The translations under genes and the position numbers were made by a program. The notes beneath the pieces were generated by a model. The model ran no database searches. It saw only the letters and a list, made by a program, of their open reading frames with translations, and had not been told where the DNA came from. Shown here one piece after another: positions 62,504 to 64,000 of a DNA stretch of 64,000 nt (positions are counted from its first letter, which is position 1; each line of letters begins with the position of its first letter). The DNA is from Octopus sinensis. Lineage: Eukaryota. The DNA is taken from assembly GCF_006345805.1 (NCBI RefSeq), contig NC_043015.1, positions 33,418,001-33,482,000 of the forward strand, read 5' to 3'.

Positions 62504-64000
62504 ACTGAGTAGACTGGGCTAATGTGAAATGAATTGTCTTGTTTTGGGGCACAACATTCCAACTAATCTAGGAATTGAACTCCTGTGATTATGAACTCAA
62601 CAATCTAACCACTAGACCACATCTTTTACAGTATAAGTGTATGTGGGAAAAGAAACTGGGGGTTATCTAATGATTGAAATAAGGTTGACCCTTTTGGTCA
62701 ACTTTAGACCTCAGGAGGCTGGGAAGAAACCTTATTTTATTGTTAGCTTGTTTTACTTACACACACACACACACACATGAAACAGCTGAATCGATGCAAC
62801 TATTGATGGTTATATCTGCAAATAAGTACAAAATGTTTGCAAAATAGATGGAATTATTTTGCTATAAGAAACAGGCAAAAGCTGCACGTGCACGCATGAG
62901 AGAGAGGAGGGAAAGAAGTTGGAGGTTGGTGATAGTGATGATGATGATAGTGATGATAGTGATGATAATGGTGGTAGCAATGGTGTGATGGTGTGTGGTA
63001 TGCAAAAGCAGAGATGGTGATTATGGAACTGGTGAATGTGATGGTTGTGATAATGGTGTTGCTGGTGATATTGATAATGTTAATTATGGTGATGGCAGTG
63101 GTATTTGTGATAGTGATGGCGATGTTAGTGATGGTGGTGGTGGTGGTGATGTTAGTGATGGTGGTGGTGGTGATGGCGGTGGTGATGCTAGTGGCTGGTG
63201 GTAGTGCTGATGGTATTGCTGGTAAATGGTTATGGATTATGGAATTGGTAAAACTTACTTTTGAGAGAAAGACTTTTGGGGATTGTAGATGGTGGAGTGG
63301 TAAAAGAAAGGGTTTTAAAAGGCAGAAGATAGAAAGAAATACATTAAAAGTAATAGTTCTAACAACAACAACAACTAGTATAGAAAAAGAAAACAATAAG
63401 AAGCTAGCTATTTACCCTTCAACCTAAACTCTACCCCCAATAGGTTAGATTACATAGCATAACAGGAGGTCAAGTCAGCAAAGAAAAGTAGGGAGAAGAG
63501 ATTTCTACCATCTCCTGAGAATGACAAACTAACCAAATTCCCATGATGCATTTCCCCTCTTCCATCATGTAACTAACCAACAATCCAAGCATCCAACTTC
63601 TTCCTCTGTAGACTTAACCCCCCCCCATCCTTCCCCTTCAGTTTTTCAGCAATCTCAACCAATATTCCCATTCCATATGTTGGTATAAGAGCAAATATAT
63701 TGGTGAGATTCAATGCTGAAGAAATATAACAATCCCAGATGGGGATGAAAAAGAAAAAGAAAGAAGAAAGAAAAATCCATCCCCTGACATTCCTTAAAAA
63801 AAAATAACAAAAACAAAAAGACATATTTCGAATACAAGGAATTCTAAAAGTTGCCAGCAGAGTGAAAGAACACAAGAAAAAAGATGGTTGGGAACAAAGA
63901 AATTGAAAAGTAACCTCACTCCTAAAACAACAACAACAACAAGTTGCCATAATGCAATGCTATGTCAATGCTGTCAAGTTGAGAGTTTATGATAGCAGAT

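Noticed and set aside
62854-63427. Long poly-Val/Met, poly-Thr/His and poly-Gly/Asp ORFs (also 32872-33174, 14144-14488, 47663-48099, 61367-61600)
   Set aside because: These are translations of (GGT/GAT/CAC)n low-complexity tracts that are open in several frames, with no domain signal.
63578-63671. Possible alternative N-terminal exon MGILVEIAEKLKGKDGGGLSLQRKKLDAWIV+G|gttagt
   Set aside because: The donor is phase 1 and suboptimal, incompatible with the phase-0 PDZ1 exon, and the peptide has no clear Dlg similarity.

Overview
AT-rich, microsatellite-dense animal DNA that is almost entirely intronic. The SINE/LINE families and repeat style suggest an octopod cephalopod (inference). The only host gene I can support is discs large (dlg1) on the minus strand: three phase-compatible coding exons (44852-44976, 39339-39441, 4459-4525) encoding PDZ1 and the PDZ1-PDZ2 linker, separated by 5,410-bp and 34,813-bp introns. 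Neither end of the gene is in the window. The introns hold a layered transposon record: a nearly intact Neptune-type Penelope-like element (PLE; RT plus GIY-YIG, about 600-bp direct terminal repeats), a decayed Poseidon-type PLE nested in a SINE, an R4/Dong-type LINE 3' end in a (TAA)n array, RTE and CR1 remnants, two mariners, one Tc1, hAT- and piggyBac-type MITEs, and many tRNA-derived SINEs. The most notable signal is six minimal hammerhead-ribozyme-like motifs in PLE-type repeats. Both copies in the intact element carry the same non-canonical core (CUGUUGA), and the motif in the decayed PLE lies just downstream of a tRNA-like Pol III cassette. There is one 100-N gap at 40393-40492. No CRISPR, rRNA or genuine tRNA genes were found. 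All alignments were done by eye.
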